Under the pieces are notes generated by a model. That model made no database searches, was not told the DNA's origin, and saw only the letters and a program-made list of their open reading frames with translations. The position numbers and the translations under genes were made by a program. Of a stretch of DNA of 64,000 bases, positions 38,622-48,741 are shown piece after piece. The stretch covers positions 3,200,001 to 3,264,000 of the forward strand of contig OZ219866.1 in NCBI GenBank assembly GCA_964291675.2, in the 5' to 3' direction. Numbering within the stretch: the first letter of the stretch is position 1; each line of letters opens with the position of its first letter. The stretch comes from Alphaproteobacteria bacterium. Its GTDB lineage: Bacteria > Pseudomonadota > Alphaproteobacteria > MPNO01.

Positions 38622-41600
38622 TCACCAGCGCATCGCGCCCCTGAGCATCACCCCGTGCACCGGTGGATCGGCGTCGTTCGCGGGCTCGCTCCGCGTCGCG
38701 TCGAGGCTCACCTCGAAGCCCCCGGCGCTCGCACGAGCCGGCGCGAGCCGCCAGCCGATGCGCCAGTCGCGCGCGCCGCCGTCCGACAGCCCGAAGCCGA
38801 GGTTGGGCGTGCCGGTGAAGGCGCCGCCGAACGCAGGCCACCCGTAGCCGATCTCGCCCTCCAGACGGCGCGACGCATGGAAGCCGCTCGAGCCGTCCTC
38901 GCCCTCGGCGGGCGCAAGGCCCACCAGCGTCTCGCGCCCGAGCAACGCGTCCATCCCGCCCGAAGGCGTGCCGCCCCAGCTCTGGGTCAAGGTCAGCGAG
39001 AGGCCCCGGCCGCTCTCCGGGCGGGGATCCCAGCCGAAGGACGCGCCCGCGCCCCACTCGCGGAAGCCCTCCGCCTGGTGCGCAACCAGCGCCCGCGCCC
39101 GGGCTTCAAAGACCAGCCCGTGCCGCGAATCGGCGAACGCGAGGCCGCCGCCCATGTCGGCGCCCAGGCCCGTCTCCGCATCGCCCCCGTCGCGCCGTAT
39201 CCCGAGCTCGAAGGACGGGGTGAGCGTGGCGCCGTCCCCGCCCAGCGGGAAGGGCCGCGAGCCCTCGAGCCCCGCGCGAACCAGCCACGCGTCCGCGTCC
39301 GCCGCCGCCAGGTTGCCCGACGACGAGCGCACCGCCTCCGAAGACGTCCGGGTGAAACGCGCATCGCCCTTGAGCGCAAGCAGGAGACCGTCGCCGCCCT
39401 CCGGCCGCAGCACCTCGCTGCGCATCCCGGCCGCCCCCATCGTCATGGTGAGGTCCGCCGACAGGCCGGGCCCGTTCCCGCCCTCGGGCGCCTCGGGCGT
39501 CACCGTCACCTCGCCCGCGCCGTGACCCGCCGCCGCCCACAGCGAGAGGCGATCCGTCAGATCGATCCCCGCATAGGGGTAGAGGCCCGTCAGGGTGGCG
39601 TCGATGGCGCCGCCGCAGTTGGGAGCGCAGTCGCCGCCCCTGCGGTAGCCGCCCGCACCGGTGGAATGACCCACGGCCAGGCCCGCCGTCCAGCGTTCGC
39701 TCGCCCAGTCCGCGCCGATCAGGCCCGTGGTCACCTCGCCGTCCACCGTGAGCGATCCCTCGCGGCCGTCAAAGCCCGCGATCGAGCCCCAGCCCCACAG
39801 CGAGGCGAAGCCGCCGCCCTCCGAAGAGCCCCCGGTCAGCGCAAACGACGTGCCCAGCACGAAGTCGCGGCCGCTCAGCGCACGGGTCTCGAACTCACGC
39901 CCGTCCTCGTCGCCATGCCCGCCGAAGCCGGCCGCGCCCCGGCCGTCGGGACCCGTCTGCGACAACCACGCCGTCACCGCCGCCAGACCCGCGCGGGCCT
40001 CGGCATCCTCGCGCCGCTCCCGCGCCGCGTCGGCGTCCTCGTTCAGGGCCGCCGCTTCGCCGTCCCGCCACGACGGCAGCGCCTGGCCCGCGAGGCTCGC
40101 CTCCACGCCCGCCGCGCGCGGCGCGGACAAGCGCGCCTCCACCGCGTCGAGCACCTGGCCCGTCACCGTGCGCCCGAACCGCGCCAGCCACGCCTTCGGA
40201 ACGGGGTCGGAGTTGGTGATGGTCCCCGTCGCGCTCCCGTCCGCGATGGTCGCCCCCGCCGCGTTCGAGAGCGTCAGCGTCAGCGTCTCGCTGCCCTCGT
40301 CATGGGCATCGTCGAGCACCGCCACCGCCACCGTCTTCGCGCTCTCGCCCGCCGCAAAGGTCAGCGTTCCGGACGTGGCCGTGTAGTCCTCGCCCGCCGC
40401 CGCGCTCCCGTCCGACGTTGCATAGTCCACCGTCACTGTCCCGGTCGACGACCGGTCGAGCGTCACCACGAAGTCCAGCGTCGCATCCGTCCCTTCCTCC
40501 GCGCGCGCGTCCGCAACGGACAATGTCCCCGCCGAGGCCGCCGCGCCCGCGCGCACGAACACCGGCGAGAGCGCATAGATCCGGCGATGCAACTGCCGCT
40601 CGGTCGTCGTTCCCGGGTCGTTCAGCTCCACCCCGGCCACCTTCGCCCGGCCGATGGCGATGCGCCCGGCGCTGCCGAGCTCCAGCCCGTCCTGGCCCGT
40701 CCCGTCGCCCGCGCACCCGGTGAACACCCGCACCGAGCGCCCGGGCACCGCCTCGCCGCGCTCGTCGCGCGGCGCGTTGCTCGCCCAGCTCCCGTCGTAG
40801 AGGTCCCCATAGCCGTCGGCCACCTTGTCGCCGCCGAGCCAGTACACCGGAACCCCCGCGCCGGTCGTGCCCGTCTGGTCGCGCGCGTCCACCGCCGCCG
40901 TGCACACCAGCGCCCGGAACTTCGAGCCATGCTCGCGGATGGCCGCATGGCCCGCCGCCGCCAGGCTCCGGGCATGGCCGTCATATGACGAGATCCCCGA
41001 CGCCTCGGCGGTCCGGCTCTGCGACGTCACCACCAGCAGCCGGAAGCCCCCGCCGGGGCCGACGCCCGCCGGCAGCAGGGCCCAGTCGGCCGGGACCTCG
41101 ATCCCATCGATGCGCGGCACGACCGCCACCGGCGCCGCCGCGCGCGTCAGCACCCATTCGCGGAACTGCGTGCCGCCGTCCCGCAGCAGGCGCGCGCCCC
41201 CCGCGTCCGGAACCAGCACCAACAGCTTGGCGCCCTCCGCGCGGCGGTCCTCCCTGTTGAACACCGATACCGTGACCGGGCCCGCCGAGTCGAAATTGCG
41301 CCGGCCGAACTCGGCCCGCCACGTCCCGTCCGCCCCGCGATCCACCTTCGCGCCGTCGACCCGGATCTCGAAATGGTCCTCGTCCGCCGCCGCTTTGCCG
41401 GTCAGCCGCGGATCGGGCGATACCTCCGGATGCATCGCGAAGGTCACCGGAAAGCCGCCCCAGGTCAGCCCGCCCCCGGGCGCCAGGAAGGTGGCCGTCG
41501 CCTCGTCACCCACGTCGATCGCGCTGTCCGAAAGACGCACCTGCAGCGCCGGCGGCGGCGCCGTCGCATCCTCGATCGTGACATAGGCATGCTGGTAATC

Positions 41601-41783
41601 ACCAATTATTCTCAATCTGACCTGAGCTCCGCGGGACACACGAATGGCGAACCGTTCGTCGCCCTCGAGACGGCCGTCCGAATGTATGGCGACATTCGGA
41701 GCCGTCTCTGGTTGATTCACCGTCACCGAGACAAGCCCCTTGGCGGTCTTCTTGCAAGATTGCTGAGGGGCACCCCCCATCAC
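38622..41783 (-). CDS. Autotransporter-like surface protein with Calx-beta domain (probably 5'-truncated)
   Basis: TVTVDYATSDGSAAAGEDYTATSGTLTFAAGE (Calx-beta), PKAWLARFGRTV and a beta-barrel C-terminus ending in W. No signal peptide. Confidence 0.8.
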   Translation of the reverse strand: MMGGAPQQSCKKTAKGLVSVTVNQPETAPNVAIHSDGRLEGDERFAIRVSRGAQVRLRIIGDYQHAYVTIEDATAPPPALQVRLSDSAIDVGDEATATFLAPGGGLTWGGFPVTFAMHPEVSPDPRLTGKAAADEDHFEIRVDGAKVDRGADGTWRAEFGRRNFDSAGPVTVSVFNREDRRAEGAKLLVLVPDAGGARLLRDGGTQFREWVLTRAAAPVAVVPRIDGIEVPADWALLPAGVGPGGGFRLLVVTSQSRTAEASGISSYDGHARSLAAAGHAAIREHGSKFRALVCTAAVDARDQTGTTGAGVPVYWLGGDKVADGYGDLYDGSWASNAPRDERGEAVPGRSVRVFTGCAGDGTGQDGLELGSAGRIAIGRAKVAGVELNDPGTTTERQLHRRIYALSPVFVRAGAAASAGTLSVADARAEEGTDATLDFVVTLDRSSTGTVTVDYATSDGSAAAGEDYTATSGTLTFAAGESAKTVAVAVLDDAHDEGSETLTLTLSNAAGATIADGSATGTITNSDPVPKAWLARFGRTVTGQVLDAVEARLSAPRAAGVEASLAGQALPSWRDGEAAALNEDADAARERREDAEARAGLAAVTAWLSQTGPDGRGAAGFGGHGDEDGREFETRALSGRDFVLGTSFALTGGSSEGGGFASLWGWGSIAGFDGREGSLTVDGEVTTGLIGADWASERWTAGLAVGHSTGAGGYRRGGDCAPNCGGAIDATLTGLYPYAGIDLTDRLSLWAAAGHGAGEVTVTPEAPEGGNGPGLSADLTMTMGAAGMRSEVLRPEGGDGLLLALKGDARFTRTSSEAVRSSSGNLAAADADAWLVRAGLEGSRPFPLGGDGATLTPSFELGIRRDGGDAETGLGADMGGGLAFADSRHGLVFEARARALVAHQAEGFREWGAGASFGWDPRPESGRGLSLTLTQSWGGTPSGGMDALLGRETLVGLAPAEGEDGSSGFHASRRLEGEIGYGWPAFGGAFTGTPNLGFGLSDGGARDWRIGWRLAPARASAGGFEVSLDATRSEPANDADPPVHGVMLRGAMRW

Positions 41784-42439
41784 CCATCAAATAACTTGAG
41801 CGGATTCCCCCGGAATCCCATCAAACAAACTGCGCCCTCTCAGTCGGGTCCCTGTCGATCACGCCGGCGTCAGTCTCGACGCTCCAGGCACCCAACGCGA
41901 TTCGGCACTTCGAGCGCCGTAACCTGTTCTTGCGGCTCCATAATTTGCCCCAGCAGAACCGCAACCGCTTTTGCAGACTAGGACCGCGTGCAGCAGCGTC
42001 TCGTCACCGTCCAGCGCTGCTCAGACCCAATCAGGTCACGAGCGGTCTTGAGCGCCCTGGAGGTAGAATTCGGATGATTCCCATGGGATTCCATCTTCGA
42101 ACGCCAAGGCCACAGAGCCCGGACGTCGCTCCTTGCCGTCGTCCAGACTTCTCTCGCCCACCTCGGTCGTGCCCGCCCCCATGTGGTCACGTGCGCGATG
42201 TGGCCCAGGGCCGGTGAGGCGACGAAATCGCCGGCAAACGCAAACGGAAGACACGAATGCATGAAGACAGCTATGGTTTGTGTCGCTGGTTTCTTCCTCT
42301 GGACATCCGGTCCCCGCCAGATTCGGCCAGAGCATGGCCTCCAGCAGGCTAAAGGTGGTCCGGCTCTGCGGGCAATGCCGGCAAGCGACGCGTTCCTCCA
42401 CGAATTCACCGGTGTGCCATGGTGTGCCATGGCCTCTCA

Positions 42440-42870
42440 GCCGACGCCGACGCATCCAGGCCTCGAGGCGTGCGCCCGCCTCGAGACGCCGGGTGTAGCG
42501 GCGAGCCACGACCCGGAGGCGCCGACGCGGTTCGGCGGGCAAGTTCTGGTTGCTCGCGAACTCGCCGATACGCCCGATGAGCTCTGCCGCCCCGTCGAGG
42601 TCGAAGGGGGACATGCCGGAGCGTTCCGCCCGCGCGGCACGACGCTGCCAGTCGGTGCGGAGTTGCCGGTACGCCTCTTCTGAATGCTCCGGCGACGGAG
42701 CTACGGCGGGTTCGGTGGAGATCGGCCGAACCGGGCGCAGCTCTCCCAAGCCCGGCTGCCGGACTTCCGCGGCGCACTCCGGCGGACGGGTAGACGTCTC
42801 AACGGGAGCCTCCGCCTGCGCGAGCTCCTGCGACTGCCCCGTGTCGGTCTGCTTGGAGCGCGCCGCCTAG
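42440..42870 (-). pseudogene. Remnant of a second relaxase C-terminal region
   Basis: AYRQLRTDWQRRAARAERSGMSPFDLDGAAELIGRI aligns with AYRRLRRNWQAHLDRAGRQGEHRFDLDGANALIERI of the relaxase at 33594. Confidence 0.7.
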
Positions 42871-42983
42871 CCGGCGACGGAGCGGCGGTAGCTGCCGGCC
42901 CGGGTATTTACTTCGCTGGCAGAGGAGCACCTCCTTTCATTGACGCCCTCACAGGCTTGCAGGAAGGTGACCATCCTCCGAAT

Positions 42984-45900
42984 TCAGCTAGCCAGCTGAT
43001 AGCGTCGACCGACCTTCTGGATCACAACGCCTTGTCTAGCCGCCACCAACTCGATCGCATTCGCGATTGTGTCCCTGATATGCCATTCTGTTTTCTCGTC
43101 GTGAAGGCTGATGAGGCGCTGAAGCGCCCCGGCATCACCAACCGCTTGGAGCGCGATAATGCCACAAGTCGCCACGTTGTATCGTACCGACGCTACAATT
43201 TTCTCAACCAAGGCTGGAGAGAGGACCGGATTTCGTTGTCTTAACTCTCTCAACGCATGACTAAGCGTGTGTCCCTCCGCATCGCCCTCGATCCACTCTG
43301 GCCCATCCATGTCGTCGATCGCGAAAACCTCCGCTTCCAACTTTTCTCTTGCTCGTTCGCAGCCTAGTTGCGCCGCTACTGTCATCACGGCGAGACGGTC
43401 TCCCGGTGAAAGGTCAGCTTGTTCCAACCATACTTCCAGTAACTCCAGCCATGCAGCGACACCTGGATGAAGGGGCGCGGGATGCAGCGTGCCACTGAAC
43501 CCGAAGTCCATTTCGAAAACGTATAACATGCCTGTGCCCACGGAATTTGCAAATCGCGTCATTTCCTGCGCAGACAACTCTCGCTCTCTCGTTAGTGCCG
43601 CCGCACGTTCAGCAAGCTTTTGCTCAGGAAAATGACCAAATAGTGCGACGGTGGTTGCAGCATACTCTACAGGGATATGCCCGATACTTTCGACAAGATT
43701 AACAAATGCCACTCGATCACCGAAACGAGCTTCAAAGAGTTGTAGAGTCATTTTGATCTCATCATGAATCGACAAATCATAAATACACGTCCGAAAGAAG
43801 GCTTGTCGCGCTTCTGTATCGGGAAGCACGGTGGTGACATCACCCGCTAGCTCCCGCCTGCGCTTTAGTGGAATGGACGTATCACGAAGTAGCTCGCCCA
43901 AGAACCGTGCAGGTTCCGAGTGTACACTGACCAATTGATCCGCCTCATATTGTCGGCTCCAATCATCATGACGGAATGCGGCTAAAGCAAGCTCTATACC
44001 ATCATCTGGAAGTGGCTTTCCGGCGAGCTTATATGCACGCATCCGCGCTTGAGCGGGAAGGCGCAAGTTGCGTGCTATAGAGAGCGCGAGCTCTCGCGAA
44101 ACTGTTCCCTCTGGGAAGTTTGAGAGGAGGCTAGAGATTTCAATAATTTCATCTTCATCTTGTGTCTGGGGGTCCATCTTGTCGGCAATTGCTCTCAACG
44201 CTGTATCTCCGACGGCGCGGAACGCGGGCTTGAGACTGTGATAAGTCATGATGCTACTTCGATCACGCTCGATTATGCTGTTCACTACGCTAAGTGTCAC
44301 GTTGGGGTCATTCAGCTTGGAGATGATGTCCCCAGCTCCGTCGTTGATTAGCCACCGATGGTGTAGCGCCGCGATCATGGCATCGGACGGTGGACTCGAG
44401 AAGCCGTCGGCAAGCAAGCGCCCAACACGCTCGCGAGATCGCGAAGGTGCGTGGACCCAATACTCCACAAGGCGATTGCCGACCTCTTCCCGCAGTTCCC
44501 TACTGACCCTCGCACCGTTGGCGATACAACGGCCGACCAAACGAAGGCCAGTACTGAAGGCATCATCCGGTCGAGCCAACATTGCTTGCATGATTGGCTC
44601 AGGGGCAGAATGTAGTTCAAGTCCGAATTGTATTGCTTGAGCCCAAGGGCGCTGCAAAGCATCCTCAATACGCTGTTCTAGGCTATCCGAATAGCATTCG
44701 ACAAGATGACAAGCAGCAAGATATTCCTGCACGATAGGATACGGAAACTGTAGCCGGATAGTACTCTGTGACTTGAGAATCCCATTCGCCTTGAGCTGCT
44801 CGAATAGTATTTCCGCTTCTGAAGGCGAAGCCGCAATGCGGTTGACTACATCGCGCACCTCTCGTTCGGTCGCACCGATTTCTTGACGTTCAAGACGTTC
44901 GAATGCCAGTACTTCCGCTATCGCTCGAAGGGCTACCGATCGGTCAACTGGATCTTGCACGCGCTTATGCTGGGCAGGATAGAAAAGGGTCTTTAGATAA
45001 GCTTCTATCAGATCTGACCGCTTCAGCGCTTTTTGCTTCCCGAGATCGGTGGTGACCAGTAGCATCACGAGGAAGAGTGGAATTCGCGCGAGCCGATAGA
45101 GGTCCGGGTAGAGTTCAAGGCGATCTGCAATTTTCCAGTCATCCACTGAACCAAAATGGTTCTTCATAGTTGTAGTGAAGCGCTCGATGTCGTCATCGTT
45201 GAGCGCAAGCAACTCCACAATTCTCGCGTCGGGCAGACCCGTTACCACCGCCGAATCTCGTACCGTGAGCATCCATGAGGCGCGAGGATAGCGAGCCGAG
45301 AAGGTTGCGATGCGATGCATGAGCATCGGGCGCGAGCCAGAGGGTACCTCGTCTAAGCCATCCAGCAATAGGACCAGCAACCCCTGCTCGGCAAGCAGGC
45401 GCCAATCAGCGCTCAAATCGAGCTCCTTGCTGGTACTATTGGTCAGGAACGAAATGATGCTGCTGTCGGCCGAAGCCAGCGAGGCTAGCGGAATTGGCAC
45501 TGGTACCAAGGGGCCTTCAGCCAACTTCCCACTAATCGAGGTTAGAAGCGCCGATTTGCCATAGCCCGGACCGGCTACCACCACGACGCGATCAAGATGG
45601 TCATTTGGGAAGCTACGTAGATCAAGGACAACATTTTCGTCCCAACTAACGAATGCTGGGTCCTCGTCCTCGAAACCGGTAGACCGCGTGCCATCATGGT
45701 CGCGTGCGCGGGGCCAAACAAACAGCTCTTCTGCAGGACCGGCGACACCCGTACCCGGCACCTCGATCCTTGAGAGCTCCTTTATTGTTGCCCGATAGGA
45801 ATCGAGACCCCAATCCAGCGGTTCACCAAGCAATAGGCCATGCTCGAGTTTGAGACGACGTCTGAGCGGGGCCGGCTGAAAAAGGCCCCTTCGTCGGGCC

Positions 45901-46505
45901 TCTCCTCCGGCCATATCCCGAAGGATGGGCAGCAGTGTCGGAGGTGGCGACCGGGTCCCCGCTAGACGCCGACGGCCAAGCTCCCGCTCTATTTCGTCCA
46001 AAGCAAGATGCAGAACACTGGTTTGCCGGAGCAATTCGAATGCAGCGGTGCTCGAGCCCAGAATGCTCACGATGCTATTGAGTGCCGAGACTTGCCCAGA
46101 CATAAGGCGGGCTCGAAGTTCGTGCTCGTCGACTGATGACGCCGCGCGCTCGCAAATCGCTGCCACGGCTTCGCTGTCCTTTGACCTTACCTCCACCACA
46201 AGCGTCAGCCGATCATCGCCGCCAAACTTCGTGGAACCGCGCTGAGCGTTGAGGCTGCGCCACAACCCTGACCACGCGCTATTTGCCACCCGAATGCTGA
46301 GCTTGACATTCCGAAACTCACGATGCCCGTCGGCGAACCGCAGTACGATGTCGTCAACCTCTTCAGGAGCCTCAAGCCTAACCTCAACGACACGCTCTCG
46401 GGCAATTTGCTGGTCAAGCACCAGAAGGTCAGCAAGCGCAAGCGCTGCAACACTGTTCTGGTAGAAGATTCCGGTCTGTGTCGCCGCTCCACCCGATTCA
46501 GGCAT
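42984..46505 (-). CDS. Nuclease-NACHT/STAND NTPase, Avs/bacterial NLR-like anti-phage protein
   Basis: N-terminal GIFYQ...VDDIVL...NVK restriction-endonuclease-like motif, Walker A GPGYGKS, Walker B LLLDGLDE, F..PIVQEYLAA and a helical C-terminus. Lower GC. Confidence 0.82.
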   Translation of the reverse strand: MPESGGAATQTGIFYQNSVAALALADLLVLDQQIARERVVEVRLEAPEEVDDIVLRFADGHREFRNVKLSIRVANSAWSGLWRSLNAQRGSTKFGGDDRLTLVVEVRSKDSEAVAAICERAASSVDEHELRARLMSGQVSALNSIVSILGSSTAAFELLRQTSVLHLALDEIERELGRRRLAGTRSPPPTLLPILRDMAGGEARRRGLFQPAPLRRRLKLEHGLLLGEPLDWGLDSYRATIKELSRIEVPGTGVAGPAEELFVWPRARDHDGTRSTGFEDEDPAFVSWDENVVLDLRSFPNDHLDRVVVVAGPGYGKSALLTSISGKLAEGPLVPVPIPLASLASADSSIISFLTNSTSKELDLSADWRLLAEQGLLVLLLDGLDEVPSGSRPMLMHRIATFSARYPRASWMLTVRDSAVVTGLPDARIVELLALNDDDIERFTTTMKNHFGSVDDWKIADRLELYPDLYRLARIPLFLVMLLVTTDLGKQKALKRSDLIEAYLKTLFYPAQHKRVQDPVDRSVALRAIAEVLAFERLERQEIGATEREVRDVVNRIAASPSEAEILFEQLKANGILKSQSTIRLQFPYPIVQEYLAACHLVECYSDSLEQRIEDALQRPWAQAIQFGLELHSAPEPIMQAMLARPDDAFSTGLRLVGRCIANGARVSRELREEVGNRLVEYWVHAPSRSRERVGRLLADGFSSPPSDAMIAALHHRWLINDGAGDIISKLNDPNVTLSVVNSIIERDRSSIMTYHSLKPAFRAVGDTALRAIADKMDPQTQDEDEIIEISSLLSNFPEGTVSRELALSIARNLRLPAQARMRAYKLAGKPLPDDGIELALAAFRHDDWSRQYEADQLVSVHSEPARFLGELLRDTSIPLKRRRELAGDVTTVLPDTEARQAFFRTCIYDLSIHDEIKMTLQLFEARFGDRVAFVNLVESIGHIPVEYAATTVALFGHFPEQKLAERAAALTRERELSAQEMTRFANSVGTGMLYVFEMDFGFSGTLHPAPLHPGVAAWLELLEVWLEQADLSPGDRLAVMTVAAQLGCERAREKLEAEVFAIDDMDGPEWIEGDAEGHTLSHALRELRQRNPVLSPALVEKIVASVRYNVATCGIIALQAVGDAGALQRLISLHDEKTEWHIRDTIANAIELVAARQGVVIQKVGRRYQLAS

Positions 46506-46934
46506 ACATTGTTCCTCTCATTTGAAAGGTTTCCTACGCGTCCGTTGATTGAGACCCCGTGTTGCTAGTAAGTAGTCGTGACCAACTGAACGGTTCGTCG
46601 TTCAGCAAAGTGCGCCCAACGACAATTGCCAGATTCCTCGCTTCGGGCACCACCCAGCCTAGTCGACCTCACTCAATCGGGATAGGCCGACTTCGCCCCG
46701 CCGATACCAGCCGTTCAATCGCTAGCTTCCACACCGTCGGCGACACGCCATGCCTCGACCTCGTGGGACATGCAGCGGTTGTCGCGGACCCGTGACGCCT
46801 ATTCGTCCACTCGATAAGAGAGGTAGAGGACGCAATCGATCCGGTTTCAGGCAAGTGAGACCCAACTTGATGGTGTGGATGCCGTCGGGTGGGGGCATCC
46901 ACACCATCATGTTGGGTGAGATACGCAAGGAGCA

Positions 46935-47172
46935 TGCCCGCCTTCCCTGTCTCCCCGCATGGGCCAGCAGGTTGCGCATTAAGTGGATGCGGCAGCGCGC
47001 GGCCAGGAGGCGTCGAGGATGCGGGTAGTGGCGGTCTTGAGCCCCTTGTGGTAGTCGGAGATCAGCAGCTTGACGCCGCCGAGCCCGCGGCCGGCCAGCG
47101 AGCGCAGGAACGCGGTCCAGAAGGTCTCGGCCTCGTCGTGGCCGATCGCCATGCCGAGCACCTCGCGCCGGC
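46935..47172 (-). pseudogene. IS256 transposase fragment
   Basis: GRREVLGMAIGHDEAETFWTAFLRSL..RGLGGVKLLISDYHKGLK and MRNLLAHAG. Confidence 0.8.
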
Positions 47173-47425
47173 CCAGGGCTACGAGGATCTGATCGATCAC
47201 GATACGCTGCCCCACGATCTGGTGCTGGCTGGCAAGCTGGCGGCGAAGCTGCGGGGCTGCGCGCCGCTGATCGGCAAGCCTCCTACCCCGCGATGACGAC
47301 AACCCATGGGTGATTGCCAACCACAAGTCGACCTGATATCTCACCGACCTTCAGCAGCCTCGGCACCGTAAACGGTCGCGCGCTGTGCTCGATGATGTTC
47401 GGATCCAGGACCTCCGACAAATTTT
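47173..47425 (+). pseudogene. IS1380 transposase fragment followed by a tyrosine integrase fragment
   Basis: GYEDLIDHDTL...LAGKLAA...CAPLIGK, then NPWVIA...LTDLQQP...LDDVRIQDLR. Confidence 0.6.
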
Positions 47426-47488
47426 GGGAATTATATACTTGACTAAATAAGTCGCGATCCCCATATTCAGTGTGAAGGGAGACGCGAC

Positions 47489-48466
47489 ATGGCCAAGGCC
47501 CCCGGAAAGAACCACCGCGAAGGCATCACCGTCATGGAGATGGCCGACCTGTTCCCGACCGATGAGGCGGCGCGGGAATGGTTCGAGGCGAAGGTCTGGC
47601 CGGACGGGCGGCATTGCCCGCGCTGCGGATCGGTCGAGACGGTCGAGTGCAAGGGAACCCCGCCGATGCCCTACTGGTGCCCGGCGTGCAAGCGGCATTT
47701 CAGCGTCCGTATCGGCACCGTCATGGAGGGATCGCCCCTTCCCCTGCGGAAGTGGGTCTATGCGATCTACCTGCACCTGACGAGCCTCAAGGGCGTCTCC
47801 AGCATGAAGCTGCATCGCGACTTGGGCGTGACCCAGAAAACCGCGTGGTTCATGCTCCAGCGCATCCGCAAGGCGTTCGAGCGCGACGACGACGATCCGC
47901 CCTTCGGCGGGCCGGCGGAAGCGGATGAGGTCTACTTGGGCGGGCTGCGGAAGAACATGCACAAGGACAAGCGAGAAGAGCTGACGGGCCGCGCCGCGGT
48001 CGGGAAAGAGGTCGCGGTCGGCGTGAAGGATCGCTACACCAGCGAGGTCCGGGCCCGGCATGTCCACGGCACGGACGCCGCGCATCTGGCGGGCTTCGCC
48101 GTCGAGACGGCCAAGTTCGGCGCGACGGTCTACAGCGACGATGCCGCCGTTTATCAGACGCTGGCGCCGTGGTACGATCACGAAAGCGTCAATCACTCGG
48201 CTGGCGAGTATGTCCGCCAGCAGGCGCACAAGAACGGGATCGAGAGCTTCCGGTCGATGCTGAAACGGGCGCACAAGGGCATCTATCACAAGTTCAGCTC
48301 GAAGCATCTGCATCGATACATCGCCGACTTCGCCGGGCGTCACAACGTCCGCGAGGCCGACACGCTGTCGCAGATGGCCGGGCTGGCGTTCGGGATGGCG
48401 GGGAAGCGGCCGACCTACGCCTCGCTGATCGCTGACAACGGCTTGCCGAGTAGGGCGCGGGCGTGA
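47489..48466 (+). CDS. IS1595-family transposase
   Basis: CPRC/CPAC, KGVSSMKLHRDLG, EADEVYLGG, YSDD and NGIESF. Confidence 0.95.
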   Translation: MAKAPGKNHREGITVMEMADLFPTDEAAREWFEAKVWPDGRHCPRCGSVETVECKGTPPMPYWCPACKRHFSVRIGTVMEGSPLPLRKWVYAIYLHLTSLKGVSSMKLHRDLGVTQKTAWFMLQRIRKAFERDDDDPPFGGPAEADEVYLGGLRKNMHKDKREELTGRAAVGKEVAVGVKDRYTSEVRARHVHGTDAAHLAGFAVETAKFGATVYSDDAAVYQTLAPWYDHESVNHSAGEYVRQQAHKNGIESFRSMLKRAHKGIYHKFSSKHLHRYIADFAGRHNVREADTLSQMAGLAFGMAGKRPTYASLIADNGLPSRARA

Positions 48467-48480
48467 CGCCGCAAGAACAA

Positions 48481-48729
48481 TCAGTGAAGGTGCGGGCTGG
48501 GGTCGATGCCGGCGCGAAATTTCTCGAGCTCTCGCGCAAGGATGCGGCGCGCCCGAGGCGACAGGGACTGAAACGCTTCCTGTTCTGGAAGCGCATCGAC
48601 GATCCTGCACATGAGCGCGCCAACATCCGGCCCCAAGGCGCCGATTAAGCTGCTGATGATCGTCGCCTGAACCGCGACGATGGAGCGAAGTTCCTCCACT
48701 TCGTCGCGCAAGGGCCGCTTCGTGGTCAT
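48481..48729 (-). CDS. Small hypothetical protein
   Basis: 82 aa with a GGGAGA RBS, directly downstream of the R-M gene. Confidence 0.45.
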   Translation of the reverse strand: MTTKRPLRDEVEELRSIVAVQATIISSLIGALGPDVGALMCRIVDALPEQEAFQSLSPRARRILARELEKFRAGIDPSPHLH

Positions 48730-48741
48730 CGCGTTCTCCCT

